From IMG/VR virus record IMGVR_UViG_3300023179_000020: a stretch of DNA of 64,000 bases; one strand, given 5' to 3'. A program made the position numbers and the translations under genes. This DNA is from a virus. A model generated the notes under the pieces. The model saw only the letters and a program-made list of their open reading frames with translations, was not told the DNA's origin and searched no databases. This document shows, one piece after another, positions 38,722 through 48,120 of this stretch (positions within the stretch are counted from its first letter, which is position 1; each line of letters begins with the position of its first letter).

Positions 38722-40611
38722 ATGGCTGATACAAGTATCTTTACAAGGTTAAGAAAATTATTCTCAACTGATGTTATAATCCGCAATGCTGGTGGTAATC
38801 AGTTAAAAGTAATGGATGTGAATAGCATTCAAAAAAGTGGAGAATTTCAAACCAATGCTTTAGTTGACAGATACAACCGAATCTATTCAAGCAACAGTAC
38901 ATCTTTATTTGGAGCCCAATTAAATCTTAACTGGAGATACCTTCGTACTCAAGTATACTCAGATTACGATGCAATGGATACAGATGCTATTGTAGCCTCT
39001 GCTTTAGACATTATAGCTGATGAATGTACTCTTAAAAATGACATGGGAGAAGTACTTCAAATCAAAAGCAGCAACGAAGACACACAAAAAATACTTTATA
39101 ATTTGTTCTATGATGTGTTAAACATTGAGTTTAATTTGTGGTCATGGATTAGACAAATGTGTAAGTATGGTGATTTCTTTTTAAAATTAGAAATTGCTGA
39201 AAAATTTGGAGTATACAATGTTATCCCTTACATGGCTTACCACATCATGAGAGAAGAAAATTATGACCCTGCCAACCCAGCTGAAGTAAGATTTGCTTTC
39301 TCACCAGATGGTTTTTCAGGTGGTTCTACAGGTTTTTATGGTGTGACAGGTAAAGGAACATATAGTCCTAACAAAAATGATAAAAATATCTATTTTGATA
39401 ATTATGAAATGGCTCATTTTAGACTAGTAGCTGATACTAATTATCTTCCTTATGGTCGTTCATACTTAGAACCAGCACGTAAATTGTTTAAACAATACAT
39501 TTTGATGGAAGATGCTATGCTGATTCATCGTATTGTTCGTGCCCCTGAAAAAAGAATATTTTACATAAATGTAGGTTCTATTCCTCCTAATGAAGTTGAA
39601 AACTTTATGCAAAAGACAATTTCACAGATGAAAAGAACACCATTCATCGACCCACAAACTGGTGAATATAATTTAAAGTATAATTTACAAAATTCATTAG
39701 AAGACTTTTACATTCCAGTTAGAGGAAACGATACAACAACTAAAATTGAACCTACAAAAGGTTTAGATTATACAGCAATTGAAGACGTTACTTACTTAAG
39801 GGATAAATTATTTGCTGCTTTAAAAGTTCCTAAAGCATTTATGGGTTATGAAAAAGACTTAACCGGTAAAGCAACATTAGCAGCAGAAGACATTCGTTTT
39901 GCTCGTACAATTGATAGACTACAACGCATTATACTTTCAGAATTATACAAAATTGCATTAGTACATTTGTATACTCAAGGTTATAGAAACGAAGCATTAA
40001 CCAATTTTGAATTATCATTAACTACTCCTTCAATCATTTATGATCAAGAAAGAATAGCGTTAATGAGAGAAAAAGTATCATTAGCAAAAGACATTGTTGA
40101 CGGTAAATTATTACCTACAGATTGGATTTATGATAACATTTTCCACTTAAGTGAAGACCAATACGATGAATACAGAGATTTAATTGTTGAAGACCAAAAA
40201 CGAATCTTTAGGTTTAAACAAATTGAAAATGAAGGAAACGACCCATTAGAATCTGGCAAATCATATGGTACACCTCATGACTTAGCTGCTTTATACGGGG
40301 CAGGAAGAAACAATATGGGAGTACCTGACGGATACGATAAAGATGAAATATTAGGAAGACCAACCGAAAAATCATCAACTATGGGTACTCAACAAAATGC
40401 TTTAGGAAAAGACAGATTAGGAAGCATGGGTATGAAAAAAGGTGATGCTACAGGTGAAGATGCATCTATAAAAAACAGTTTTAAAGGAGGATCCCCACTA
40501 GCCTTAGAAACTAAATTAAAAAATAAATCATTGTTAGAGTCTTTAGACAAAAAGTTGTCTATTAAAAAAGAAGATTCTTCACTGTTAGATGAATCTCAAA
40601 TACGAGAATAA
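38722..40611 (+). CDS. Portal protein (T4 gp20-like)
   Basis: PYGRSYLE.AR, LMEDAMLIHRI.RAPEKRIFY, EDFYIPVRG, LF.ALKVPK; directly follows TerL. Confidence 0.93.
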   Translation: MADTSIFTRLRKLFSTDVIIRNAGGNQLKVMDVNSIQKSGEFQTNALVDRYNRIYSSNSTSLFGAQLNLNWRYLRTQVYSDYDAMDTDAIVASALDIIADECTLKNDMGEVLQIKSSNEDTQKILYNLFYDVLNIEFNLWSWIRQMCKYGDFFLKLEIAEKFGVYNVIPYMAYHIMREENYDPANPAEVRFAFSPDGFSGGSTGFYGVTGKGTYSPNKNDKNIYFDNYEMAHFRLVADTNYLPYGRSYLEPARKLFKQYILMEDAMLIHRIVRAPEKRIFYINVGSIPPNEVENFMQKTISQMKRTPFIDPQTGEYNLKYNLQNSLEDFYIPVRGNDTTTKIEPTKGLDYTAIEDVTYLRDKLFAALKVPKAFMGYEKDLTGKATLAAEDIRFARTIDRLQRIILSELYKIALVHLYTQGYRNEALTNFELSLTTPSIIYDQERIALMREKVSLAKDIVDGKLLPTDWIYDNIFHLSEDQYDEYRDLIVEDQKRIFRFKQIENEGNDPLESGKSYGTPHDLAALYGAGRNNMGVPDGYDKDEILGRPTEKSSTMGTQQNALGKDRLGSMGMKKGDATGEDASIKNSFKGGSPLALETKLKNKSLLESLDKKLSIKKEDSSLLDESQIRE

Positions 40612-40649
40612 CATTTCATACATATTTATAACTAAAATATTAGCCAAGA

Positions 40650-41504
40650 ATGGTAATTAAACATTCAAAGTACAAAAATACTGGGATCCTTTTTGAACTA
40701 CTTGTTAGACAAATTACAGCTGATACTTTATCAGGTGATGCTTCCCCAGCTACTACCATTTTAAAAAAATACTTTACTAAAACTGAATTAGGAAGAGAGT
40801 ATAAGTTGTATGAAAGCTTTTTTAAGCATACTAATATTAGTGAGGCTAAAGCTGATATGGTTATAACAACTCTTGTTGAAAGTTCAAAGTATTTAAACCG
40901 TTCTATACTAAAAAGACAAAAATATAATTTGATTAAAGAGATTAAGGCGCATTACAATTTAGAAGAGTTTTTTAAAACTAAACTTCCTAATTATAAAGCA
41001 CAAGCCGCTTTATTTACTCTTTTAGAAGTGTATAACAGTGAAAACTTATCCAACCCAAATCAAATTATAGAAAATAAAACCGCGCTTTTAGAATTTTTAA
41101 CTAAAGGACCTATTAACAAAACAGAAGTTAAAAACAATATTTTAGAAGAATTTAAACATCAAGATAAAGATATTCGTGTTTTAGCATATAGAGTACTACT
41201 TGAAAAATTTAATGACAAATACTCAAATTTAAATTCAAACCAAAAAATCATATTAAAAGAATTTATAAACAGTGTTGATAATACTCCCAAATTAAAAGAA
41301 TTTTACAACACTAAAGTATTTGAAATTAAAACCCAATTATCAGTACTTAACAAATCAGTTTCTAACCCTGCCACTAAAATAAAAATCAACGAAGTAATAA
41401 ATATTTTACCTGTTTTAAGCAAAAACGACAGAATTAATGATGACCAATTAGTAAATCTTTTACAATACTGTGAATTGATAGAAGAATTAAAAATTGTAAA
41501 ATGA
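40650..41504 (+). CDS. Conserved head-morphogenesis-region protein
   Basis: KHSKYKNTGILFELLVRQIT N-terminus; lies between portal and protease. Confidence 0.55.
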   Translation: MVIKHSKYKNTGILFELLVRQITADTLSGDASPATTILKKYFTKTELGREYKLYESFFKHTNISEAKADMVITTLVESSKYLNRSILKRQKYNLIKEIKAHYNLEEFFKTKLPNYKAQAALFTLLEVYNSENLSNPNQIIENKTALLEFLTKGPINKTEVKNNILEEFKHQDKDIRVLAYRVLLEKFNDKYSNLNSNQKIILKEFINSVDNTPKLKEFYNTKVFEIKTQLSVLNKSVSNPATKIKINEVINILPVLSKNDRINDDQLVNLLQYCELIEELKIVK

Positions 41505-42004
41505 ATAAAAAAGACCAAATACGTGAATTAATTCAAAAGCGTTTAAAAGAAATAAGCGCTACAGGCACTGGTGCTTCTTTTACTGCTGGTACTGGTGCTA
41601 ATTATGCTACACCTAATGCTTTTAATCCAAATAAAAAGGCTAAAGGTGCTAAAAACATTTATTATTACAAATTAGGATTCAAACCAGTAAACCAAAAAGC
41701 TTTAAATAAAAAGGCTAAAGGCATTGAAGTAAAACATTTGTGGGAAGAAGAAACACCTAAATTTGACATTGAAGGATTTGTAAGTGCTTTACAAACTGAT
41801 AATGAAGAATTAAAAAAATACATAGCAGGACGTTTAGGAGACTTTGATTTACTTGCTAGCAAATTAAAAGAACTTATTGAATTAATACAAGAAGCTAAAA
41901 AAGAAACAATAAACAGTTACAGAGAAAATCCTGAATTTAAAGCTGTTTATGGTACAGATTTAGCAATTTCATTAATAGACGACACTATAAAACTATTTAC
42001 ATAA
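41501..42004 (+). CDS. Putative prohead core protein with leader
   Basis: QIRELIQKRLKE leader, then SATGTG..YATP.AF. Confidence 0.5.
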   Translation: MNKKDQIRELIQKRLKEISATGTGASFTAGTGANYATPNAFNPNKKAKGAKNIYYYKLGFKPVNQKALNKKAKGIEVKHLWEEETPKFDIEGFVSALQTDNEELKKYIAGRLGDFDLLASKLKELIELIQEAKKETINSYRENPEFKAVYGTDLAISLIDDTIKLFT

Positions 42005-42005
42005 A

Positions 42006-43271
42006 ATGAGAAATACATTACAAGAACAATATAACCTTATTAAAGAAGGTAAAGGTAATAAACAGCAATTTTTTAAATCTGCTCGTCATTTATTCCCTAA
42101 TTTAATTACTCCTGTTAACACATTAAATGATGCTGTTACCATCCTTAAAAACAAAGGTATCATTAGTGAAATGTTTGTAGGAGGAGGTGTAGTTACTAAA
42201 GGTAAAACACCTGATTGGTTTTCTATTTTTAAAGAAAACATAACTGAGTATGGAGAAGACTCAGGTGGACAAGATATGACATACGGAATGTATAATAGAT
42301 CATCAGCCCGTAAAAATCAAGGCATTCAAGACTTTATAAATAAAGGAAAAGAAGATTATTATGATGATGTACCATATGAAGCATGTCCATATGAAGATGG
42401 TTATAATAAATATTATAAAGCAGATTTAGCTAAATTATGGCAAATGGGATGGAAAGAAGCAGAAATATCAAGCAATGAAGAAAACATAACTGAATTATCA
42501 GGAAAATTTGGTTCTAAAGAAGAAGTTACCGTTATTAATAATAAAACTGGTAAAAAAGCTAAAGCAATGATTACCAGCACATCAATGAGTACAGGTACAG
42601 GAATAGAATATAATCTTAAATATTCTGGTGAAAAACCAAATGGATTCCCAGACACTATAAAAGATGATGATTTAGACTCAACATATTCTTTAAAAAGATT
42701 AACTGAAGCTAAAGAAGCTAAAGCTGAAGAAAAAGAAACTACTAAAGAAGTAACTGACATGGCAACACGTGGTTACGACTATAAAGACACTAAAAACATT
42801 GATAACATTTTTGGTACTGCGTTTTTAAAAGGATTCTATAGTGAAATGCAAGATCCAAAAAACGAGGACAAAACAGTTGAAGAATTAAAACAAATCGTAG
42901 CTAAAAATTTAGCTAAAGACTGTTTACACTATGTTAAAAACAGCCCATTTGGTGTTGAAGGAGCTGGTTATTCAGTAGAAGCACCTGGATTAGGCGAACC
43001 AAAACCTGCTAAAGGTAAACACAAATCTTCAGGTTATGGTGATTTAAAAGAATCAGTTTTACGTTCTCAAATTCATTTGTTAGTAAAAGAAGTATTAGCT
43101 GAAAGTAAAATTAGTGAAGATCAATTTGAAAAAGCACTTAAAATGCATAAAAAAGGCAAATCACCCGAAAACATAGCTAAAGAATTAAAAATTGATCCGG
43201 TTATATTAAAAAACCAACTAAAAAAATACAAAGAAGAAAAAGAAAATTTAAAAACAAGTGATAAGGGCTAA
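42006..43271 (+). CDS. Modular putative head-core protein
   Basis: Segments delimited by IKE, ISE, ITE, ITE, LTE, LKE, LAE; located just before the protease. Confidence 0.55.
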   Translation: MRNTLQEQYNLIKEGKGNKQQFFKSARHLFPNLITPVNTLNDAVTILKNKGIISEMFVGGGVVTKGKTPDWFSIFKENITEYGEDSGGQDMTYGMYNRSSARKNQGIQDFINKGKEDYYDDVPYEACPYEDGYNKYYKADLAKLWQMGWKEAEISSNEENITELSGKFGSKEEVTVINNKTGKKAKAMITSTSMSTGTGIEYNLKYSGEKPNGFPDTIKDDDLDSTYSLKRLTEAKEAKAEEKETTKEVTDMATRGYDYKDTKNIDNIFGTAFLKGFYSEMQDPKNEDKTVEELKQIVAKNLAKDCLHYVKNSPFGVEGAGYSVEAPGLGEPKPAKGKHKSSGYGDLKESVLRSQIHLLVKEVLAESKISEDQFEKALKMHKKGKSPENIAKELKIDPVILKNQLKKYKEEKENLKTSDKG

Positions 43272-43273
43272 TT

Positions 43274-43882
43274 ATGAAACAAGTACTTATTGAAACCCAA
43301 ATATTTTCTGCTAAACCAGTTAAACTAGTTGAAGGTAAAGGTGGTAATAGCAATTTATTAGTTGAAGGAATACTAGCAACAGCCGAAGTAAAAAACGGTA
43401 ACGGCCGTTACTACTCAAAAGATTTATGGGAAAGAGAAATTAATAAGTACATGGAGAATGTAAAATCAAATCGTGCTTTAGGTGAACTAGACCATCCCGA
43501 TTCTCAAATCATCAATTTAAAAAACGTATCCCACAACATTAAAAAAATATGGTGGGATAATGATAATGTAATGGGAGCAATAGAAATTTTACCTACACCT
43601 TCAGGCAACATATTAGCAGCATTATTCCAAAACAACATTCCAGTAGGTGTATCATCACGTGGTATGGGCTCATTAAAACAAATGGGAGAAATAATGGAAG
43701 TACAAGACGATTTTGAATTGTTGTGTTTTGACTTTGTTTCTACCCCATCTAACCCAGGATCATTCATGCACCCAGTAGGACAAATACATGAAGGATTATC
43801 ATCTCCGATTAACCCATATTCTAAAGTTAATTCAATAGTAACTGAGATTCTTTGCGCAAACGGAACCTGTCCAATTTTTTAA
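43274..43882 (+). CDS. Prohead core protease (T4 gp21-like)
   Basis: N.NGRYY, ALGELDHP, VSH, GVSSRGMGS, DFVSTPS. Confidence 0.93.
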   Translation: MKQVLIETQIFSAKPVKLVEGKGGNSNLLVEGILATAEVKNGNGRYYSKDLWEREINKYMENVKSNRALGELDHPDSQIINLKNVSHNIKKIWWDNDNVMGAIEILPTPSGNILAALFQNNIPVGVSSRGMGSLKQMGEIMEVQDDFELLCFDFVSTPSNPGSFMHPVGQIHEGLSSPINPYSKVNSIVTEILCANGTCPIF

Positions 43883-43932
43883 TCCAACGTATTCTTTCAA
43901 AATCTTTGACATATTTATAATAAAATATAGAT

Positions 43933-44607
43933 ATGCTAAAACTTTGCCCTACTTGTAATAAAACTAAAGAATTAATTGAGTTTAATAAAAATAAAAATCG
44001 TAAGGATGGTTATCAACGTGAATGTAAGAGTTGCTGTCATAATCATCATAACAAATATTATCATACTAAAAAATCTCCTCGTTTAAAAGAAAATATAAAA
44101 GAAGGACATAAAGTATGTACTAGTTGTAAACAAGAATTGTTACTAACTGAATTTAAACCAGGAAAAGGACGTTTTGGAGTCGGGGCAAATTGCAAAATAT
44201 GTTTTAATAAAAAATGGAATGATTATCAAAAAAGAACAGGCCAAAATAAAAAACATAACAAATTAAAACGTCAAACAGATATACAATGGAAACTTAAAGC
44301 TAATCTTAGAGGTAGATATTTAGACGCTCTTAAACGCCACACTTCAGGCGGCAAAGTAAACAAACATCACTCAGCTATAGATTTATTAGGTTGTAGTATA
44401 GAATTTTATAAACAATATTTAGAACAACAGTTTAAACCAGATATGAACTGGGAAAATCATGGAATACTATGGGAGATAGATCATATAAAGCCATGTGCTG
44501 TTTTTGATTTAACAAATTCTAAACACCAACAAGAATGTTTTAATTATACAAACACCCAACCTTTATATTACTCAGATAATAGAAGTAAAGGAGATAAATA
44601 TTTATAA
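43933..44607 (+). CDS. HNH-type (His-Me finger) putative homing endonuclease with Zn-finger repeats
   Basis: Two CxxC...CxxC repeats; LLGC...L..QF...MNWENHG..WEIDHIKP...NYTN.QPL...N..K. Confidence 0.75.
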   Translation: MLKLCPTCNKTKELIEFNKNKNRKDGYQRECKSCCHNHHNKYYHTKKSPRLKENIKEGHKVCTSCKQELLLTEFKPGKGRFGVGANCKICFNKKWNDYQKRTGQNKKHNKLKRQTDIQWKLKANLRGRYLDALKRHTSGGKVNKHHSAIDLLGCSIEFYKQYLEQQFKPDMNWENHGILWEIDHIKPCAVFDLTNSKHQQECFNYTNTQPLYYSDNRSKGDKYL

Positions 44608-44609
44608 TT

Positions 44610-44783
44610 ATGGAAAAACAAGAATTAAACGAAGAATTTTTTAAAATGCAAAAACTTGCAGGTTTAATTACTGAAGAAGAATATAAAGCTAGATTATGGT
44701 ATAAACAATATTCTGAAAATATATCTAAAGCCTTAGATGATTTAAAACAAACATTAAAAAATGAAGGCTATGATATTAAATGA
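44610..44783 (+). CDS. 57-aa RMQxLAG-tagged peptide, not in the supplied ORF track
   Basis: Hand translation MEKQELNEEFFKMQKLAGLITEEEYKARLWYKQYSENISKALDDLKQTLKNEGYDIK; TATTTATA at 44599. Confidence 0.7.
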   Translation: MEKQELNEEFFKMQKLAGLITEEEYKARLWYKQYSENISKALDDLKQTLKNEGYDIK

Positions 44784-45018
44784 AGATAATAAATCTATTT
44801 TAGATCTAGTAAATTATATAGATTCTAAAATTGTAGCTCTTCGTAATGATAACAAATTTTCTAAAAATACTATAGATAGTTTATCTAATTTGTATAATTT
44901 AACTGTTGGAGAGTGGATGAGTAAAAATTACATAACTGATATTGAACCTGGTTCTAATGAAGAAGAAGAAATAGTAAATAAACTTTTAGAAGTAATCGAT
45001 TTTTTAAATAAACTTTAA
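44770..45018 (+). CDS. Hypothetical protein (MILNE...)
   Basis: Overlaps the end of the 44610 ORF; start at 44761 or 44770. Confidence 0.5.
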   Translation: MILNEDNKSILDLVNYIDSKIVALRNDNKFSKNTIDSLSNLYNLTVGEWMSKNYITDIEPGSNEEEEIVNKLLEVIDFLNKL

Positions 45019-45045
45019 CCCCTCTTAGAATAGTATTTTAAGATT

Positions 45046-45078
45046 GATGCCTCTCAAAAAAGAGGCATTTCTTTTTTT
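45046..45078 (+). terminator. Intrinsic terminator
   Basis: GATGCCTCT/AGAGGCATT stem followed by TCTTTTTTT. Confidence 0.7.
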
Positions 45079-45214
45079 AAAAAGCGACTTTTCGTAGATC
45101 CGTATATATGTATATTCAAATATGCTACCCTTTCCCCTTATGTAGCATTAATTAGTTAACAATCTATTACGTTTATAATAAGCGTATTTCCAAAACAAAA
45201 TTATTTGAGGACAA

Positions 45215-46324
45215 ATGAACAGAGAAATGCTTAAAGAAGCAATTGCTGAAGCTAAAACTATTAGAGAAACAGCAATTGAAAGCGCAAAAATCGCCCTTGA
45301 AGAAGCTTTTACTCCCCAATTAACAGCTATGTTTGCTGAAAAGTTAAACGAGTTGGAATTAGAGGAAAAAGAAGAAAAGGACGAAACAAATGAAATGTAC
45401 GGTATGGAAGAAGAAGGATTAGAAGAAAATTTTAATCTTGAAGAACTTCTTGCCGAGTTAGAGGAAGCTGAATTACAAGCTGAAGCAGAAGACATGAAAA
45501 CAGAAAATCTTGATGAAGATTTAATGCTTGAAGAAATGTCTGACGAGGAAATTGAAGAACTTGTAAAATCAGTAATCGACGACATGATTGCATCTGGTAA
45601 GCTTATGGCTGGTGAAGAAGCCGAAGACGAGGACATGGACATGGATGACATGGACATGGATGATATGGACATGGGTGACGAGGAAGAAATTGAAGACGAA
45701 GAAGAAGAAGAAATTGATGAAGACATCAATCTTGAAGAACTTCTTGCTGAAATTGATTCTGAGAAAAAAGAAGTAGTAAACGAAGAATTTTTTGATCCTG
45801 AAACTTTAAAATTAGTAGCTCAAGCTGCTGAATTTCTTAATGTAAGTAAAGATGCTATAATGGGAATGATAGCAGGATTACCTGGAGCAGCAGTTGCTGC
45901 TGCGTTTTTAAGAGCTACAATGAAAGCTAAAAAAGAAGCAAAAAGTGGAAAAGTTGATGAAACAACTGATACTACTGAAATGGAAGAAACAATTAACGAG
46001 TTGAGAAATGAGTTAAACGAAGTAAACCTTTTAAATGCTAAACTTCTTTATACCAACAAAATCTTCAAAGCTAAGAATCTTACCGAATCAGAAAAAATTA
46101 AGGTTTTAAACACATTTGACAAAGCAGAAACTGTTAAAGAAGTTAAACTCGTATTTGAAACTCTAACTGAATCTTTTAAAACTACTACAGTTAAAAAGAA
46201 CCCAATTAAAGAATCATTAGGATCAGCTTCTAGAACAATTGCCCCTGCTACCCCTAAACAACCAATAATCGAGGTTAACAGCGCGTTTGCTCGTATGCAA
46301 CAACTCGCAGGCCTCAAAAAGTAA
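45215..46324 (+). CDS. Prohead scaffolding protein
   Basis: Very acidic coiled-coil protein between protease and capsid genes; many L/I-x-E sites; LNEVNLLNAKLLY; ends FARMQQLAGLKK. Confidence 0.8.
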   Translation: MNREMLKEAIAEAKTIRETAIESAKIALEEAFTPQLTAMFAEKLNELELEEKEEKDETNEMYGMEEEGLEENFNLEELLAELEEAELQAEAEDMKTENLDEDLMLEEMSDEEIEELVKSVIDDMIASGKLMAGEEAEDEDMDMDDMDMDDMDMGDEEEIEDEEEEEIDEDINLEELLAEIDSEKKEVVNEEFFDPETLKLVAQAAEFLNVSKDAIMGMIAGLPGAAVAAAFLRATMKAKKEAKSGKVDETTDTTEMEETINELRNELNEVNLLNAKLLYTNKIFKAKNLTESEKIKVLNTFDKAETVKEVKLVFETLTESFKTTTVKKNPIKESLGSASRTIAPATPKQPIIEVNSAFARMQQLAGLKK

Positions 46325-46362
46325 AAATTAACATTAACAATTAAAACAATTTTTTTAAAATT

Positions 46363-48096
46363 ATGGAAACAATTCAACAATTAGTAGAGTCCGCAAACCC
46401 ATGGAGATCACTTCAAAGTGATGCTGCTAAATTAGCACGCAAATGGGAAAAAACCGGCCTTTTAGAAGGTCTTGGTGAGGACGTTAACAAAAACAACATG
46501 GCTTTGATGTTGGAAAACCAAGCAAAGCAATTAGTAGTAGAAACATCTCAAACTGGTACTGGTGCTACTTTTACAGTAGGTACTGGTGAACAATGGGCTG
46601 GTATTGCACTTCCTTTAGTACGTAAGGTATTTGGTCAAATCGCAGCGAAAGAATTCGTTAGCGTTCAACCAATGAACTTACCTTCAGGTCTTGTATTCTT
46701 CCTTGACTTTCAGTATGGTACTGCTAAGAACCCATTTACTTCAGGTGGTTCTATGTATGGTACTCGTAATGCAAGTGGTCAGTATCCATTTGCTACACCT
46801 GATCCTGTTGGTGGTTTGTATGGTGCTGGTCGTTTTACTTACTCTACTAACCAATTCTCAGCTTCTGTATGGGTATCAGGTTCGTCAGCAGGTGGAACTA
46901 CTCCAGTATTAGCAGCTAGTACGGGTTCAGTAGTTACAGCTTCTTGGGCTGAATTAAACTACGATACTGCTCTTTCAGCTTCTGTAAAAGCTAATGGTAT
47001 CTATAAAGTAACTGTTACTACTGCTTCATTATTAACTAATTTTGATCCTGATGCAGTTCGTGCATTCTATGTTAGTGGTGGTGGATTTACTGTAGCTAAT
47101 GCTTTACCAGCATTTACAACTTACAATTATACTAATAATACTATTGCATTTTTCATTACTGGTACTGCTACAGCGTTTTCTGGTGCCCCTGCAGCTCAAT
47201 TAACTGTATTCTATCAAAAGAACACAGCTGATAATAAGCGTGGTGATTTTGAAGATCCAACAGGTGCTACATTACCTACTTACTCAACACCAAACGATCA
47301 AAATGCTACTACAATTTCTATCCCAGAAATTAACATCTCGATGCAATCTCAAGCTATTACTGCTAAGACTAAAAAGTTAAAGGCTGTATGGACTCCTGAA
47401 TTTGCTCAAGACCTTAATGCTTACCAGAACTTAGATGCTGAAGCTGAATTAACTAACATCATGAGCGAGTACATTTCATTAGAAATTGATCTCGAAATTC
47501 TTGATATGTTGATCGAAGATGTTCCTCAAGCTAACACTGAGTATTGGACTGTATTGAATAATGGTGTTTATAATAGCACAAATCCTAATGGATTTGATTT
47601 CCCAACATCAACCAATAACAGTGGATTCTATAACACTCAAGGTCAGTGGTTCCAAACCCTTGGTACTAAAATTCAAAAGATTAGCAACCGAATTCACCAA
47701 TTAACCCTTCGTGGTGGTGCTAACTTTATGGTAATCAGCCCAACTATTGCAACTATTATCGAGTCTATTCCTGGATTCGCTTCTAATAGCAATGGTGATG
47801 CTGCTGACATGGATTATGCATTTGGTGTACAGAAAGCTGGTCAATTCAACAGCCGTTACACTGTGTATAAGAACCCTTACATGACTGAAAACACTATCTT
47901 ATTAGGTTTCCGTGGTAAGCAATTCTTAGAAGCAGGTGCTGTGTTTGCTCCTTACATTCCATTGATCATGACTCCTCTTATCTACGATCCAAACACCTTC
48001 ACTCCACGTAAAGGTCTGTTGACTCGTTATGCTAAGAAGATGTTACGTCCTGAATTCTATGGTAAAGTTTATGTTAGTGGTTTAAGTTCCCTCTAA
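46363..48096 (+). CDS. Major capsid protein (T4 gp23-like)
   Basis: KWEKTGLLEGL, LENQA, PLVRKVF, VSVQPM..P.GL.F.LD, KTKKLKA.WT.E.AQDL, YIPL, F.PRKG..TRY. Confidence 0.95.
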   Translation: METIQQLVESANPWRSLQSDAAKLARKWEKTGLLEGLGEDVNKNNMALMLENQAKQLVVETSQTGTGATFTVGTGEQWAGIALPLVRKVFGQIAAKEFVSVQPMNLPSGLVFFLDFQYGTAKNPFTSGGSMYGTRNASGQYPFATPDPVGGLYGAGRFTYSTNQFSASVWVSGSSAGGTTPVLAASTGSVVTASWAELNYDTALSASVKANGIYKVTVTTASLLTNFDPDAVRAFYVSGGGFTVANALPAFTTYNYTNNTIAFFITGTATAFSGAPAAQLTVFYQKNTADNKRGDFEDPTGATLPTYSTPNDQNATTISIPEINISMQSQAITAKTKKLKAVWTPEFAQDLNAYQNLDAEAELTNIMSEYISLEIDLEILDMLIEDVPQANTEYWTVLNNGVYNSTNPNGFDFPTSTNNSGFYNTQGQWFQTLGTKIQKISNRIHQLTLRGGANFMVISPTIATIIESIPGFASNSNGDAADMDYAFGVQKAGQFNSRYTVYKNPYMTENTILLGFRGKQFLEAGAVFAPYIPLIMTPLIYDPNTFTPRKGLLTRYAKKMLRPEFYGKVYVSGLSSL

Positions 48097-48120
48097 TATA
48101 ACTTAGAATTATAACAATTA

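Noticed and set aside
44750-44783. Programmed -1 frameshift at A AAA AAT joining the 44610 and 44761 ORFs
   Set aside because: The downstream ORF is in the +1 frame, not -1, and has its own ATGs.
45632-45673. GACATG-type microsatellite-like run
   Set aside because: Simply encodes the low-complexity DMDMDD stretch of the acidic scaffold.
45148-45729. 193-aa Ser-rich minus-strand ORF, and the other minus-strand ORFs in the track
   Set aside because: Shadow frames antisense to well-supported + strand genes (here the Glu/Asp-rich scaffold); no independent signals.
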